This document shows positions 39,474 to 48,686 of a stretch of DNA of 64,000 nt, one piece after another. The notes beneath the pieces were generated by a model. The model ran no database searches, was not told the origin of the DNA, and saw only the letters and a list, made by a program, of their open reading frames with translations. The stretch is from an uncultured Candidatus Saccharibacteria bacterium (GTDB taxonomy: Bacteria > Patescibacteriota > CPR2 > UBA1875 > CAIMLA01), in NCBI GenBank assembly GCA_964594415.1, contig CAZQLQ010000001.1, positions 159,265 through 223,264 on the forward strand, given 5' to 3'. The number at the start of each line of letters is the position of its first letter. Position 1 is the first letter of the stretch. Position numbers and translations under genes: made by a program.

Positions 39474-40154
39474 TTGCCAAACGGCGTACAAATCATATTA
39501 AAAGCAATGGAACTTATAAACGATCCTTCGTGGCCACCAGAAGAAAAGTATATTACTATTTCTCGAGAGGATTTTCTAAAGAAAGGATGTCCAAGTTGTG
39601 GTTTTAAAATCGGTCACAAATTTAATTTTCGACCAGAAGGCTATACTTGGGGGTGTAATAATCCAAACTGCAAAAAATATTGTTTTATTCTCTCAGATAA
39701 ACTCAGTGCGATCCCGGATAATTTAGTAAATATTTTACCGGAGCTTATTCCTCATCCGCGCCGAATCCGGATAAGATCACATAAGAAAAAGATTACGGAA
39801 GACGGCGTAAAGCTTTTTGGAATTTATAGGCCTAGCCCGGGAGATATTGATTATGGTAGGGGTAACTGCTCTTGTTTTGCTTGTGTCGATAGTCTTGAGA
39901 ATCAATTCAATCTTAAGACGAGAACTACTATTGTCTTGTATGTTCGTTTAAAGGAAGAATGCGAGGAAATTATGAGGATGTTTGGTTACGGCGCTTATAT
40001 AAGCGAAGAAGAGGGTCAATCAGACCTTTTCAAGTTATCGATAGGCGCTTGTCATAAGCATTTTGACAACCTGGTTTGTCTGCTGAAACTTTTAAGGAAG
40101 GACAGCTGGATAACGCCGGAAAAAATCAAAAAAGCCAGAAATTATACTGGTTGA
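39474..40154 (+). CDS. Cys-rich putative zinc-binding protein, paralog family B
   Basis: GCPSCG...FNFR.EG..W.C....CKK.CF; CSCFAC; MFG.GA; GAC.KH. Confidence 0.8.
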   Translation: MPNGVQIILKAMELINDPSWPPEEKYITISREDFLKKGCPSCGFKIGHKFNFRPEGYTWGCNNPNCKKYCFILSDKLSAIPDNLVNILPELIPHPRRIRIRSHKKKITEDGVKLFGIYRPSPGDIDYGRGNCSCFACVDSLENQFNLKTRTTIVLYVRLKEECEEIMRMFGYGAYISEEEGQSDLFKLSIGACHKHFDNLVCLLKLLRKDSWITPEKIKKARNYTG

Positions 40155-40301
40155 AGTTTAGCTAAATAGCGCTTATTCTGTCTGCTATAGACAGAATAAG
40201 CGCCTTTTTTATTGAAATTTCGTCCGTTTTAAGGTAAAATGTGCGAACTGAAATTGAGCTTGTAGCTGGTAAATTGACAACAAAAAAAGGAGGAAAAGGG
40301 A

Positions 40302-40976
40302 TTGGCGCGAACGGTTAATCGATCAGAGAAGAGAACGAATGAATTCACATCAGTACTTTACAAGCAATTTTCTAAATACGGGTGTCCCTATTGTGGTGGC
40401 AAGAAAGGATTTAAATTTAACTTCAGGGCGGAGGGTTTTAGTTGGCAATGCGATGAGGAAAAATGTAAAAAGATTTGCTTTGTACTAGCAAAGGATCTTG
40501 GAGCGGTTCCTGATTACAAAGGAAATGTTATTCCAGCTCTTTCTTTTGATCAGTTTCCTGCCAGGCCGATGAAAAATCCAAGAGTAACACAACCTTTAGA
40601 AAAATGTGACGTGCCAGTTTTGATAAAGGATCGGAGCTACCGCTCAAGTTATTGTCTTTGCTTTGCATGTGAGGATAAGCGCTCTAGTCTTTATTGGTTG
40701 GAAAAGAGAAAGCTTGTAAGATTGGGCTTTAGTTCGAAAGAAGAAGCTGAAGCTGTTGTGCAGATGTTTGGTCACGGCGCCTTTATGAAAGATAAAAAGA
40801 AGGATAAATCCGGAGATTATACTGCATATGTAGGCGTCTGTAGAGAACATCAAGATAAGTTAGAATTCTTATTGAACAACCTTGAAGAATATCGGGGAGA
40901 ACTGATATTGAATCCTAAAAAAATTATGCATGCCCGAATCGTTATAATACATTGGATGACAAATGAAAATTATTAG
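40302..40976 (+). CDS. Cys-rich putative zinc-binding protein, paralog family B
   Basis: GCPYCG...FNFR.EG..W.C....CKK.CF; CLCFAC; MFG.GA; GVC..H. Confidence 0.8.
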   Translation: MARTVNRSEKRTNEFTSVLYKQFSKYGCPYCGGKKGFKFNFRAEGFSWQCDEEKCKKICFVLAKDLGAVPDYKGNVIPALSFDQFPARPMKNPRVTQPLEKCDVPVLIKDRSYRSSYCLCFACEDKRSSLYWLEKRKLVRLGFSSKEEAEAVVQMFGHGAFMKDKKKDKSGDYTAYVGVCREHQDKLEFLLNNLEEYRGELILNPKKIMHARIVIIHWMTNENY

Positions 40977-41041
40977 GCGTCCGGGAATTTATTAAATTCC
41001 TAAAAGCTAAAAAGCAAAAGAGGGAGAAGGGGGAGATTCTT

Positions 41042-41647
41042 TTGTCGGATAATTCGGATAATATAGCAACTGTGGATGCTGGAAAGTACAAAAAGAATAT
41101 TACCGATGTGCAGCTTCTAACTGACGAAGTGTATGGAAGACTTACTGTTGGCTCAAAGTTTTCTGCTAAGTTCCCATACCAGGCTATTTCATACGTGAGA
41201 TACAAGGATTCGAAAAGGAACATAGATACTGAAGATAAAAATATCTATTCTCAGTTTGACCTCGTAGAAATCAACGGAGCAAGATGGGCGTTTGCATATG
41301 GAAATACTTCCTGGAGCGACCCCGACATGCCATTTCTTATCGACATAGCGGCTGTCAAGGTGCTAACTACAAGCGATTATGAAACTGATATTGTTTCAGA
41401 GGTCCATAGGGCTTTATGTTATAACCACAATTTTTTAAGTAGCTTAATTGTGGCTTGTGAGGGTAATGTTTTATGGTTCAACGGGTCTAGTGTTTTCTCG
41501 CCAAAAATTGCCGAATTCTTTGAGAAGGAATTGCAGAAATATACCATACTATTACCGAGTGGTGAAATCTGGAGAACAGAATATAGAGCTGACCTGCCTG
41601 AAGTTCTTTCAGATCTCTTTATTTCTATTCTTTCCGAAAGGAGTTAA
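41042..41647 (+). CDS. Hypothetical protein, paralog family A
   Basis: INGARWAFAYG, IDIAAV, SSLIVACEG, YRADL...LS.L. Confidence 0.78.
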   Translation: MSDNSDNIATVDAGKYKKNITDVQLLTDEVYGRLTVGSKFSAKFPYQAISYVRYKDSKRNIDTEDKNIYSQFDLVEINGARWAFAYGNTSWSDPDMPFLIDIAAVKVLTTSDYETDIVSEVHRALCYNHNFLSSLIVACEGNVLWFNGSSVFSPKIAEFFEKELQKYTILLPSGEIWRTEYRADLPEVLSDLFISILSERS

Positions 41648-41788
41648 TCAAGTTCTGTAATCTTTATGAATCATAAGCCCGCGAGCATTCGCGGGCTTTT
41701 TTTAACTCTTGACAAGCTCATAGTTAAATGTTATATAAAAGGTAGTTATATCATGCATCTTGACAATCTGAGGAGAGAACGAGCATCT

Positions 41789-41878
41789 TTGGAGAAGGTC
41801 ACTTTGGTAGCCCGTAACAAAAGTATTTATCGTTTTATTATTTAGACTACTAAAACAAAAATCAAAAATTGCAGCGTA
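41789..41878 (+). CDS. Putative 29-aa basic peptide
   Basis: TTG-start ORF MEKVTLVARNKSIYRFIIRLLKQKSKIAA downstream of promoter and GAGGAG. Confidence 0.3.
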
Positions 41879-41912
41879 GGATTTGACTTATTACCTGAAG
41901 GAGGGGATTACG

Positions 41913-42467
41913 ATGTGTCTCAACGGCATATGCTCAAGATCGGTTTTGCTTGAAATCTACGAGAAATTTTTGAGAGAAAAAGGCAGCAGGAGATTAAGTT
42001 TTCCCAAAATAAACTCAAGGCTACACAATTCACGTACGGTTACGGTCGCGACAGCTTACTCGGAAGGAGTTCTTGTAAATCTTTCTGGGAGGAGCCTATT
42101 GGTTTCAGTAGGTACTAGCAGTGACCCAGGATATTCTAGTTACAGTAATAACTGCAACTTGTTTGTCCATCAGATGTTAAAGCACAGATTTAATGAGGAT
42201 CCGCTTGAACTTTTAGCTCAAGAAACGTTGAAAAGAATTGAGGGATTCAGAGGATCAATAATCTTCGGTGATTGCCACGGCTTTTTGCAGCTATTTGAGA
42301 GGGAAGGATCTCTATTCTGCTATTCTATCGCAGACATCCTTTCAAAGGAAAACAAGATACTCGTCGAGGAAGTTTCTGCCAAGCAAACGCCTTGTCCTCT
42401 ATATAGCAAGAAGATAGTAAGACCAATGTACGAAGTCCTAAGAGGGACTTTGATAAAAGAATTTTAA
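41913..42467 (+). CDS. Hypothetical protein, paralog family A
   Basis: AAGGAGG RBS with ATG; LLVSVG, NCNLFV, FRGSIIFG, LY.K.IV..MY. Confidence 0.75.
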   Translation: MCLNGICSRSVLLEIYEKFLREKGSRRLSFPKINSRLHNSRTVTVATAYSEGVLVNLSGRSLLVSVGTSSDPGYSSYSNNCNLFVHQMLKHRFNEDPLELLAQETLKRIEGFRGSIIFGDCHGFLQLFEREGSLFCYSIADILSKENKILVEEVSAKQTPCPLYSKKIVRPMYEVLRGTLIKEF

Positions 42468-42749
42468 GAAAGGTGGAGTAAAAGTGGTGAATGAATTAGA
42501 TTAAAGCCGGTAATGTTATAACGTTACCGGCTTTTTCATGTCCTTGAACTTATTACTTTTATAAAGGGAAAAGGTGCAGATACTTGACTTTTGTGCTCAT
42601 TTATGTCAATATATACATATAGTAGCTTGAAAACCGAATAAAAAGAGCTACACAGAGAAGGTTTCTCGAACTAAAACTTTTCAATCTTGGCACACAACCA
42701 AGCTTATTTTATAGTTGAGTTATTGTGACACGGCAGTAAAAGATAGGAG

Positions 42750-43397
42750 TTGATTGGGTTCAAGGAGAAAATATATTTTTTAATAGTCCTAGTTTCTCTA
42801 ATAACAGCTTCAAACTACACGTCTCATCCAAATTTAGCCCCACTCGCAGAAAATTCTGCACAACCTTCAGTGGTGATGGAGGAAAATTCTAGCGTTCCTA
42901 CAACTGAATTGCCGCCACCAATACTGATAAGTCCAGACCCAGTTCCGGCTCCGGTTCGAACCGAAACTGCTAACGTTTCTCGTGGAGGAGAAGTTTCTCG
43001 ACTTTCAAATGAGCAAATCATTTGGAATTTTTTGAGGCAATTTTTTAACGAAAAAGCAACCGCCGGCATTATGGGCAACATGGAATGGGAAAGTTCTTAC
43101 TCAACTGCTGATACTAGGGGCGGCTTAGGTCTTCTACATTGGATTGGTTCTCGCAGAGCAGAACTTATAGCCGAACATCCAAATGATTATTTAAATCTCG
43201 AAGTTCAGCTAGCCTATTTGATGAAAGAGCTAAACAAACCTTCCTACATCGGGACATATGAAAAATTAAAAAAAGTCACAACTGTTAATGAAGCCTGTAT
43301 TATTTTTCAGAACGACATCGAACGTCCTGGAATACCTAAACAAGCTGATCGTATTAGATGCGCAAATGAAATTTACCAAAAATATTCTGGCAAATAA
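42750..43397 (+). CDS. Secreted phage-tail-lysozyme-like (Phage_lysozyme2-type) cell wall hydrolase
   Basis: Signal/TM, Pro-rich linker, AGIMGNMEWES, GL..W...R, QL.YL..EL, F...ERPG, R...A..IY. Confidence 0.8.
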   Translation: MIGFKEKIYFLIVLVSLITASNYTSHPNLAPLAENSAQPSVVMEENSSVPTTELPPPILISPDPVPAPVRTETANVSRGGEVSRLSNEQIIWNFLRQFFNEKATAGIMGNMEWESSYSTADTRGGLGLLHWIGSRRAELIAEHPNDYLNLEVQLAYLMKELNKPSYIGTYEKLKKVTTVNEACIIFQNDIERPGIPKQADRIRCANEIYQKYSGK

Positions 43398-43472
43398 TAT
43401 GACATTTGCCCTTGCCCGCGGTAAAACCGCGGGCTTTTTTTATGTTAAAATGAGTAAAAGCGAAAGAATTTT

Positions 43473-44234
43473 ATGAGTACAAAAGCAGAACAGATCGCTG
43501 AACTAATAAAAGGTTCAGGACACACAATAATATTTACAGGAGCGGGAGCGAGTACCGAGGCGGGGATACCGGATTTTAGGAGTCCTGGCGGTATTTGGAC
43601 CAAATATGATCCTAGGGTGCTGGATATCAACTATATTTTGTCTAGCGATGAGGCAAAACGGGAATACTGGAAGTTCAACAAGGAGCTAGGGAAGATGACG
43701 GAGGGGTCAGAACCGGGAGATACTCATAAAATAATTGCTCAGCTTGAGAGCAAAAATCTGGTGAACACAATTATTACTCAAAATATCGATGCCTTGCATG
43801 AAAAAGCAGGAAGTAGGTCCGAAAATATTCTGGAACTTCACGGTAATGCGGCCAATGTAATCTGTATGAAATGCAAGGAAGAGTGCTCGATTTCGGAAAT
43901 TTTGAAGCGTCTTCAAGATGAAGATATACCGAGATGCGAGAATTGCGGAGGGATACTGAAGGTGGATTTTGTCTGTTTCGGAGAGCAGTTGCCGGCTGAT
44001 GTTTTGAACAGAGCCTTTGAAGAATCTTCGGCTTGCGATCTTTTTATAGTTATCGGTTCTTCACTGGTGGTAAATCCGGCAGCCCAGCTTCCGTATGTGG
44101 CAAAGGCAAACGGAGCAAAACTAGTAATTATAAATCTTTCCGATACTCCGCTTGATTCTTATGCAGACGTACTTTGGAACGTAGAATGCGATAAAGCTCT
44201 TTCTGAAGTAAAAGAAGCATTAGACTTAGAATGA
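43473..44234 (+). CDS. cobB: NAD-dependent deacylase (sirtuin)
   Basis: GAGAS..AGIPDFRS..G.W, TQNID.LH..AGS, ELHG, CxxC pairs, GSSL.V.PAA. Confidence 0.95.
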   Translation: MSTKAEQIAELIKGSGHTIIFTGAGASTEAGIPDFRSPGGIWTKYDPRVLDINYILSSDEAKREYWKFNKELGKMTEGSEPGDTHKIIAQLESKNLVNTIITQNIDALHEKAGSRSENILELHGNAANVICMKCKEECSISEILKRLQDEDIPRCENCGGILKVDFVCFGEQLPADVLNRAFEESSACDLFIVIGSSLVVNPAAQLPYVAKANGAKLVIINLSDTPLDSYADVLWNVECDKALSEVKEALDLE

Positions 44235-44248
44235 TACGAATAAAAGCG

Positions 44249-45367
44249 CTATTCGTTGTTTTGAGTTGATTGTTTTTCTCTCTCGGCTCTTCTTAATAAA
44301 TATGCAACCACTGTTGCTATTTGTTCGGATCTTATTAACGGCATATCGTGATTACCAAATTCTTTTCCGCGGGCCCATTTTATGTAGCTGCTATTTGGAA
44401 AAATCTTAGCTAAATTCTTCTCATGATATTCTGTGATTTCATCTTCTGAAAGCCCTTTTATGGCTGCTTTTTCAGTCTTTTCAGGCATGGAAACAGAATC
44501 ATTCATTCCTTGTATTAGCACTACTGGGCACTTTATTTTTTTGAGTAATGGACTTTGTTTGGCCATCTGTGATACTTCTTTTCCAAATCTTTTTGGATAT
44601 GAGAATCCTGATTTTTTAATTTCGCGGCCAAGGCCGATTGCAATATCAAGGCCTTCTTGAATAACTTTTTTTAGGGGAGATTTGAAAAAAGATGAGAGAC
44701 TATTTTCCATAAAATTGTATGCAAGTTCTAAGCTGCCTTGATCATATATTCCTACAGGGTCAAGCAGTATTACGCCGTCAAGCTCTATTTCGGGGTTCTT
44801 TTTTTTCAATATAGCAGCTAAGGTAGCTGCTTCTAAGCCCCCTTGAGAATGTCCCGCGAGAATTACTTCCTTTAGCCCTTGTTCTTCTATAAGCCTTCTT
44901 ACTGCTTCTGCCTCGGCCATTATTGAGTTGTCAACGATTTGTTCTGCTCTTGTGTCTATCGAATAAACCGCTGAATAACCGTTCTTTGTTACTTCTTCAG
45001 CTAGATTGTCAGCTAGGTTTTCGGGGGATTTGGCATCTACGTTCATACTCCAGCCATTGAAAAAAATCACATTATTCTTCGGATTTGTTATTTTTTCCTC
45101 GCCGGTTGTTTCGGGGAGAAATCGCCTCCATTCTACGGTGATAGTTTTTTTACCCACTTTTAGTTCAATTGTTCCACTGTTTCTTTCTTCGTGAATTTCG
45201 GATAGTTTCTCACGGACCTCTTTTAATCGTTCTTCATCATTCGTTCCAAATCTTTCTAATCGATCATCCGCATTTATACTATTATTTTCTCCTGACCCTA
45301 TGGCAATAGGGGATTCTTCTGTTTTTGAAACAAACTCTTCGTTATTTTCTGGTGAAAATTTTTCCAT
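44249..45367 (-). CDS. Alpha/beta hydrolase fold protein
   Basis: GHSQGG nucleophile elbow, LLDP.G, PVVLIQG..D, GNH. Confidence 0.85.
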   Translation of the reverse strand: MEKFSPENNEEFVSKTEESPIAIGSGENNSINADDRLERFGTNDEERLKEVREKLSEIHEERNSGTIELKVGKKTITVEWRRFLPETTGEEKITNPKNNVIFFNGWSMNVDAKSPENLADNLAEEVTKNGYSAVYSIDTRAEQIVDNSIMAEAEAVRRLIEEQGLKEVILAGHSQGGLEAATLAAILKKKNPEIELDGVILLDPVGIYDQGSLELAYNFMENSLSSFFKSPLKKVIQEGLDIAIGLGREIKKSGFSYPKRFGKEVSQMAKQSPLLKKIKCPVVLIQGMNDSVSMPEKTEKAAIKGLSEDEITEYHEKNLAKIFPNSSYIKWARGKEFGNHDMPLIRSEQIATVVAYLLRRAEREKQSTQNNE

Positions 45368-45491
45368 AAGGCAAGTGTATCACAAAAAATTTTTGCTATA
45401 AACAAGAAATTAATACGATGTACGTGCCTTGTTTTTGCGGGTAAAATTTGTTATTATTGAAATCCAAAAGTAGATAAGGAAAGGAGTGGTT

Positions 45492-45815
45492 ATGGCTATT
45501 GTTTATGTAGATGAGACAAATTTTGAAGATGAAGTGATTGCTTCGGACATGCCGATAGTGGCTGATTTTTTTGCTGAATGGTGTAATCCTTGCAGGATAC
45601 TGGGTCCGATTTTTGAGAATATGAGTGAAAAGTTCGAAGGGAAGATTAAATTTGTTGAAATAAACATTGATGAAGCTCAAGAGATTGCAGAAAAATACAC
45701 TGTTATGAGCATTCCAACGCTCTTGATTTTTAAGGGTGGAGAAGTTGTTGACACATTAGTTGGGCTTCAGGACGAAGAGTCCCTAGAAGAAAAGTTAAAA
45801 TCTTTAATTGCATAG
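45492..45815 (+). CDS. trxA: Thioredoxin
   Basis: DFFAEWCNPC, V.SIPTL..FK.G. Confidence 0.93.
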   Translation: MAIVYVDETNFEDEVIASDMPIVADFFAEWCNPCRILGPIFENMSEKFEGKIKFVEINIDEAQEIAEKYTVMSIPTLLIFKGGEVVDTLVGLQDEESLEEKLKSLIA

Positions 45816-45830
45816 AAGCGAAAGGACAAT

Positions 45831-47114
45831 ATGAAAGTAACGAGAGAAGACCTTGGCAGCAAGGTGAAGTTGGTTATTGAGGTAGAGAAGGACAAGTTAG
45901 TAGAAGCCGGCGATGTGGCCTTCAATAAGCTAGCGCCAACTGTAAAAGTAGACGGATTTAGGCCAGGAAGAGCGCCGAGAAATATTGTTATCAGAGAAAT
46001 AGGCCAGCAGGCATTTGATGCTGAAGTTCTCGATAATGCAATCGTAAGCACCTATTACGAAGCGGTTATTCAGGAAAAATTAGATGTAGTTGGCTCTCCG
46101 GAAGTCAAAATTATTAAATTTGTGCCGACTGATGAACTTACTTATGAAGCAACTGTAGAAATAATGCCGGAAGTAAAACTGCCGGATTTGACAAAAATTT
46201 CTGTTAAGAGAGAAACGCAAAAGGTTACCGAAAAGGAAATTCGAGAAGTTTTGGATGACATTGCCAAACAGTTAGCAAAAAACGTGAAATCAGAAAAACC
46301 AGCTGTTTTGGGTGATAGGGTAGAGATAAATTTTGAAGGATTCAAATGCGGAGTCCCTTTTGACGGCGGAAAAAGCGAGAATCATCCTTTTGTTCTTGGT
46401 GAAGGCAAATTTGTGCCTGGATTTGAGGATCAGATAGCCGGGATGGCTGAAGGCGAGGAAAAGGAAATCGAAGTTACTTTTCCGGCAGATTACCACTCGA
46501 AGGACCTAGCCGGGCAGAAGACGACCTTCAAGATCAAGATGAACCTTGTCGAAAATATCATTTTGCCTGAGCTTACAGATGAGTTTGCAAAAAATGTAGG
46601 TCCTTTTACTGATCTTGCACAGCTCAAGGCTGATATCGAAAAAGAACTTCTTTTTACCAAAGAGAGAGAAGCTAGAAAAAAAGTAGAGGACGAGATTATC
46701 GAAAAGCTAGTCGAGAAGACCAAACTGGAAGCTCCTCACTCACTCGTGCACCAAGAAACTCACAGATTATTGCACGAGATGGAACACAACCTTCAGCATA
46801 GCGGACTTTCGATGGAAAAATATTATGAGATGGCGAAGAAAACTGAAGAAGAAGTAGAGAAAGATCTCGAGCCGGAGGCAGAAAAGCGCGTGAAGGGAGG
46901 ACTGGTACTTTCACAAGTCGCAAGAGATATAAAGGCTGAAGCCACTGAGGATGAAATAAATGCCTTTATCACAGAAAAAACTGCGCTTTATCCCGAGGAA
47001 CAGAGAAAACAAGCGGAAGAATATTTCGATACTGATAATGCAAGGCGTCAGGTAGAAAATGCGATAGTCGGCCAGAAGGTAATGGACCACCTCTACGAAA
47101 CCTGTTCTAAGTAA
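45831..47114 (+). CDS. tig: Trigger factor
   Basis: GFRPGRAP ribosome-binding motif, FKBP domain (F.GG, LG...F.PGFE, V.FP.DYH..LAG). Confidence 0.96.
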   Translation: MKVTREDLGSKVKLVIEVEKDKLVEAGDVAFNKLAPTVKVDGFRPGRAPRNIVIREIGQQAFDAEVLDNAIVSTYYEAVIQEKLDVVGSPEVKIIKFVPTDELTYEATVEIMPEVKLPDLTKISVKRETQKVTEKEIREVLDDIAKQLAKNVKSEKPAVLGDRVEINFEGFKCGVPFDGGKSENHPFVLGEGKFVPGFEDQIAGMAEGEEKEIEVTFPADYHSKDLAGQKTTFKIKMNLVENIILPELTDEFAKNVGPFTDLAQLKADIEKELLFTKEREARKKVEDEIIEKLVEKTKLEAPHSLVHQETHRLLHEMEHNLQHSGLSMEKYYEMAKKTEEEVEKDLEPEAEKRVKGGLVLSQVARDIKAEATEDEINAFITEKTALYPEEQRKQAEEYFDTDNARRQVENAIVGQKVMDHLYETCSK

Positions 47115-47164
47115 TTAATTATCCAAAAGGGGCTTTGGGAGTACTCCCAAAGCCCTATTTTCCA

Positions 47165-47430
47165 TGTCATCCCTGGCGCCATTCCAGGGATCTATATAAA
47201 AAGTATAGATTCCAAGGCTTGACACTTGGAATGACAATGGTGTGTCATCCTCGCGAACGCGGGGATCCCTCTTCTCCTTGTCATTCTGTCCGACGACTCC
47301 GATGAGTTCGTGTCGGACTCCGTCGGAGAGCGTAGTCGAAGAATCTCGTCCTCCCATGTCATTCCAAGAGTCAATCCTTGGAATCCATTTCTTTGCCTGC
47401 CCGAACCTTCAAGGGGTGGAATGAATTTAG
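47165..47430. repeat. Cluster of GTCAT...ATGAC palindromic (REP/dRS3-like) repeats
   Basis: gtcatccctggcgccattccagggatct; gattccaag..cttggaatgaca; gtcatcctcgcgaacgcggggatc; 70-nt element at 47279-47348. Confidence 0.9.
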
Positions 47431-47494
47431 TTTTGTATACTTAAATATTTATATTTATTTGCCTATAATAAGGAAGAAAATAAGCAAATACTAT

Positions 47495-47887
47495 ATGGAT
47501 GAACAAATAAAAACAAGTGAGATTATTGCAAAGTATAGAGGCATATATGAGGGACTAAAGCCGATATATTCTCCTGCGATTGGTGAAAAAGTTTATTTTA
47601 ATATGCCAGGATTTAAGCATCTTATATTTAAAGGAAAACATAGACGACAAACTAAAGCTATCCTTAACCGTTTAGTGCTTATACCCTTGATTGCGCCTGT
47701 AATAATAAATTGTAAAGAAGAGACAGAAATTCGCATAAGAAAAGAAAATATTGATGGTAAGAAAATTAGGGTTACTTATTATGCGCTCGAGGCTCATGTT
47801 GGTAAAGATAGCGTTCGAGTAAGAGTAATAACGCGAAAAGTTGGCGAAAAAGGAAAACATTATTTTCAAAGCATAATGAAGTATTAA
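47495..47887 (+). CDS. Small basic protein, possible RelE/PBECR-like ribonuclease
   Basis: VYFN..GFKHL..KG..R ... V.VI ... YF.SIM; highly basic; fold assignment is inference. Confidence 0.55.
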   Translation: MDEQIKTSEIIAKYRGIYEGLKPIYSPAIGEKVYFNMPGFKHLIFKGKHRRQTKAILNRLVLIPLIAPVIINCKEETEIRIRKENIDGKKIRVTYYALEAHVGKDSVRVRVITRKVGEKGKHYFQSIMKY

Positions 47888-47980
47888 AAAAAGCGTTTCA
47901 AATGAAACGTTTTTTTTGTGCTTGTTTCCGACTTAGGAGATTTCACCTTGGCCGGTTCTAGGGCAAGCCCCACAAGCACA
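47887..47980 (-). ncRNA. Candidate small RNA convergent to the upstream toxin-like gene
   Basis: Minus-strand TTTACA-17-TATAAT (48014-47986); gtgcttgt/acaagcac stem enclosing two hairpins; bidirectional terminator. Confidence 0.45.
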
Positions 47981-48029
47981 ACTTCATTATATATCATTAA
48001 GAGTTTTTTGTAAATCCACCATCTTGTCG

Positions 48030-48240
48030 CTTGCCCGAACCTGTAAGGGGCGGGAAGGGTCTCTTTTACTTGTCATCCTCGTGCTTGACACGGGGATCTC
48101 TCTTCTCCTTGTCATTCTGTCCGACGACTCCGATGAGTTCGTGTCGGACTCCGTCGGAGAGCGAAGTCGAAGAATCTCGAGATCCTTCATTACATTCAGG
48201 ATGACATTGTATTTATTGTTCGAGCGCAGCGAGAACTATT
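48030..48240. repeat. Palindromic repeat cluster
   Basis: Second copy of the 70-nt element (48110-48179), gcccgaacc..aagggg element, gatccttc..caggatgaca. Confidence 0.9.
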
Positions 48241-48266
48241 AGTGTATAATTTTATAAGAAGGAGGA

Positions 48267-48641
48267 ATGATGGATCCTGTAATAATTGGTGTTATGGCTA
48301 TGATAGTCTTTGCAGCCATTTTAGGAGTTTTTGAGTGGGGTTCTTCGATAAATGAAAAAGAATCATATAAGACACGAAAAAAGGAGTCTAACACACTTAT
48401 AACGTTCGGAGCGGTTTTGTTAGGTATAAGCTATATCTTCGCTACTTCGTTGACTTTTCAAATTTATAATTATACTTGTCGGTTTTTTATTTTACTTCTT
48501 GTTATTACTACAATTTTATTGATATATTTTCACAACTTATATAAAAATAAGCTCTATTTTTATGTTATTTTAGTCCTATTTTTTTTTATGCTTTTTGTTT
48601 TCTATATGACGGAACATGCTTTTGATGGAGCATTGATGTAA
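48267..48641 (+). CDS. Hypothetical membrane protein (about 4 TM)
   Basis: AAGGAGG RBS; hydrophobic segments. Confidence 0.75.
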   Translation: MMDPVIIGVMAMIVFAAILGVFEWGSSINEKESYKTRKKESNTLITFGAVLLGISYIFATSLTFQIYNYTCRFFILLLVITTILLIYFHNLYKNKLYFYVILVLFFFMLFVFYMTEHAFDGALM

Positions 48642-48686
48642 TTTTAAAAAATAAAAATTATATTAACTGTTAAAAAGGAGGGGATT

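Noticed and set aside
42600-42750. c-di-AMP (ydaO) riboswitch before the wall hydrolase
   Set aside because: Conserved GCTGAA-type motifs were not found
33350-43440. Integron or prophage integrated at tRNA-Leu
   Set aside because: No integrase, no attC-type RYYYAAC/GTTRRRY pattern noticed, no tRNA 3' duplication seen, no phage structural genes
45492-45815. WCNPC thioredoxin active-site variant as a novelty
   Set aside because: A single substitution in the CxxC dipeptide is within ordinary family variation
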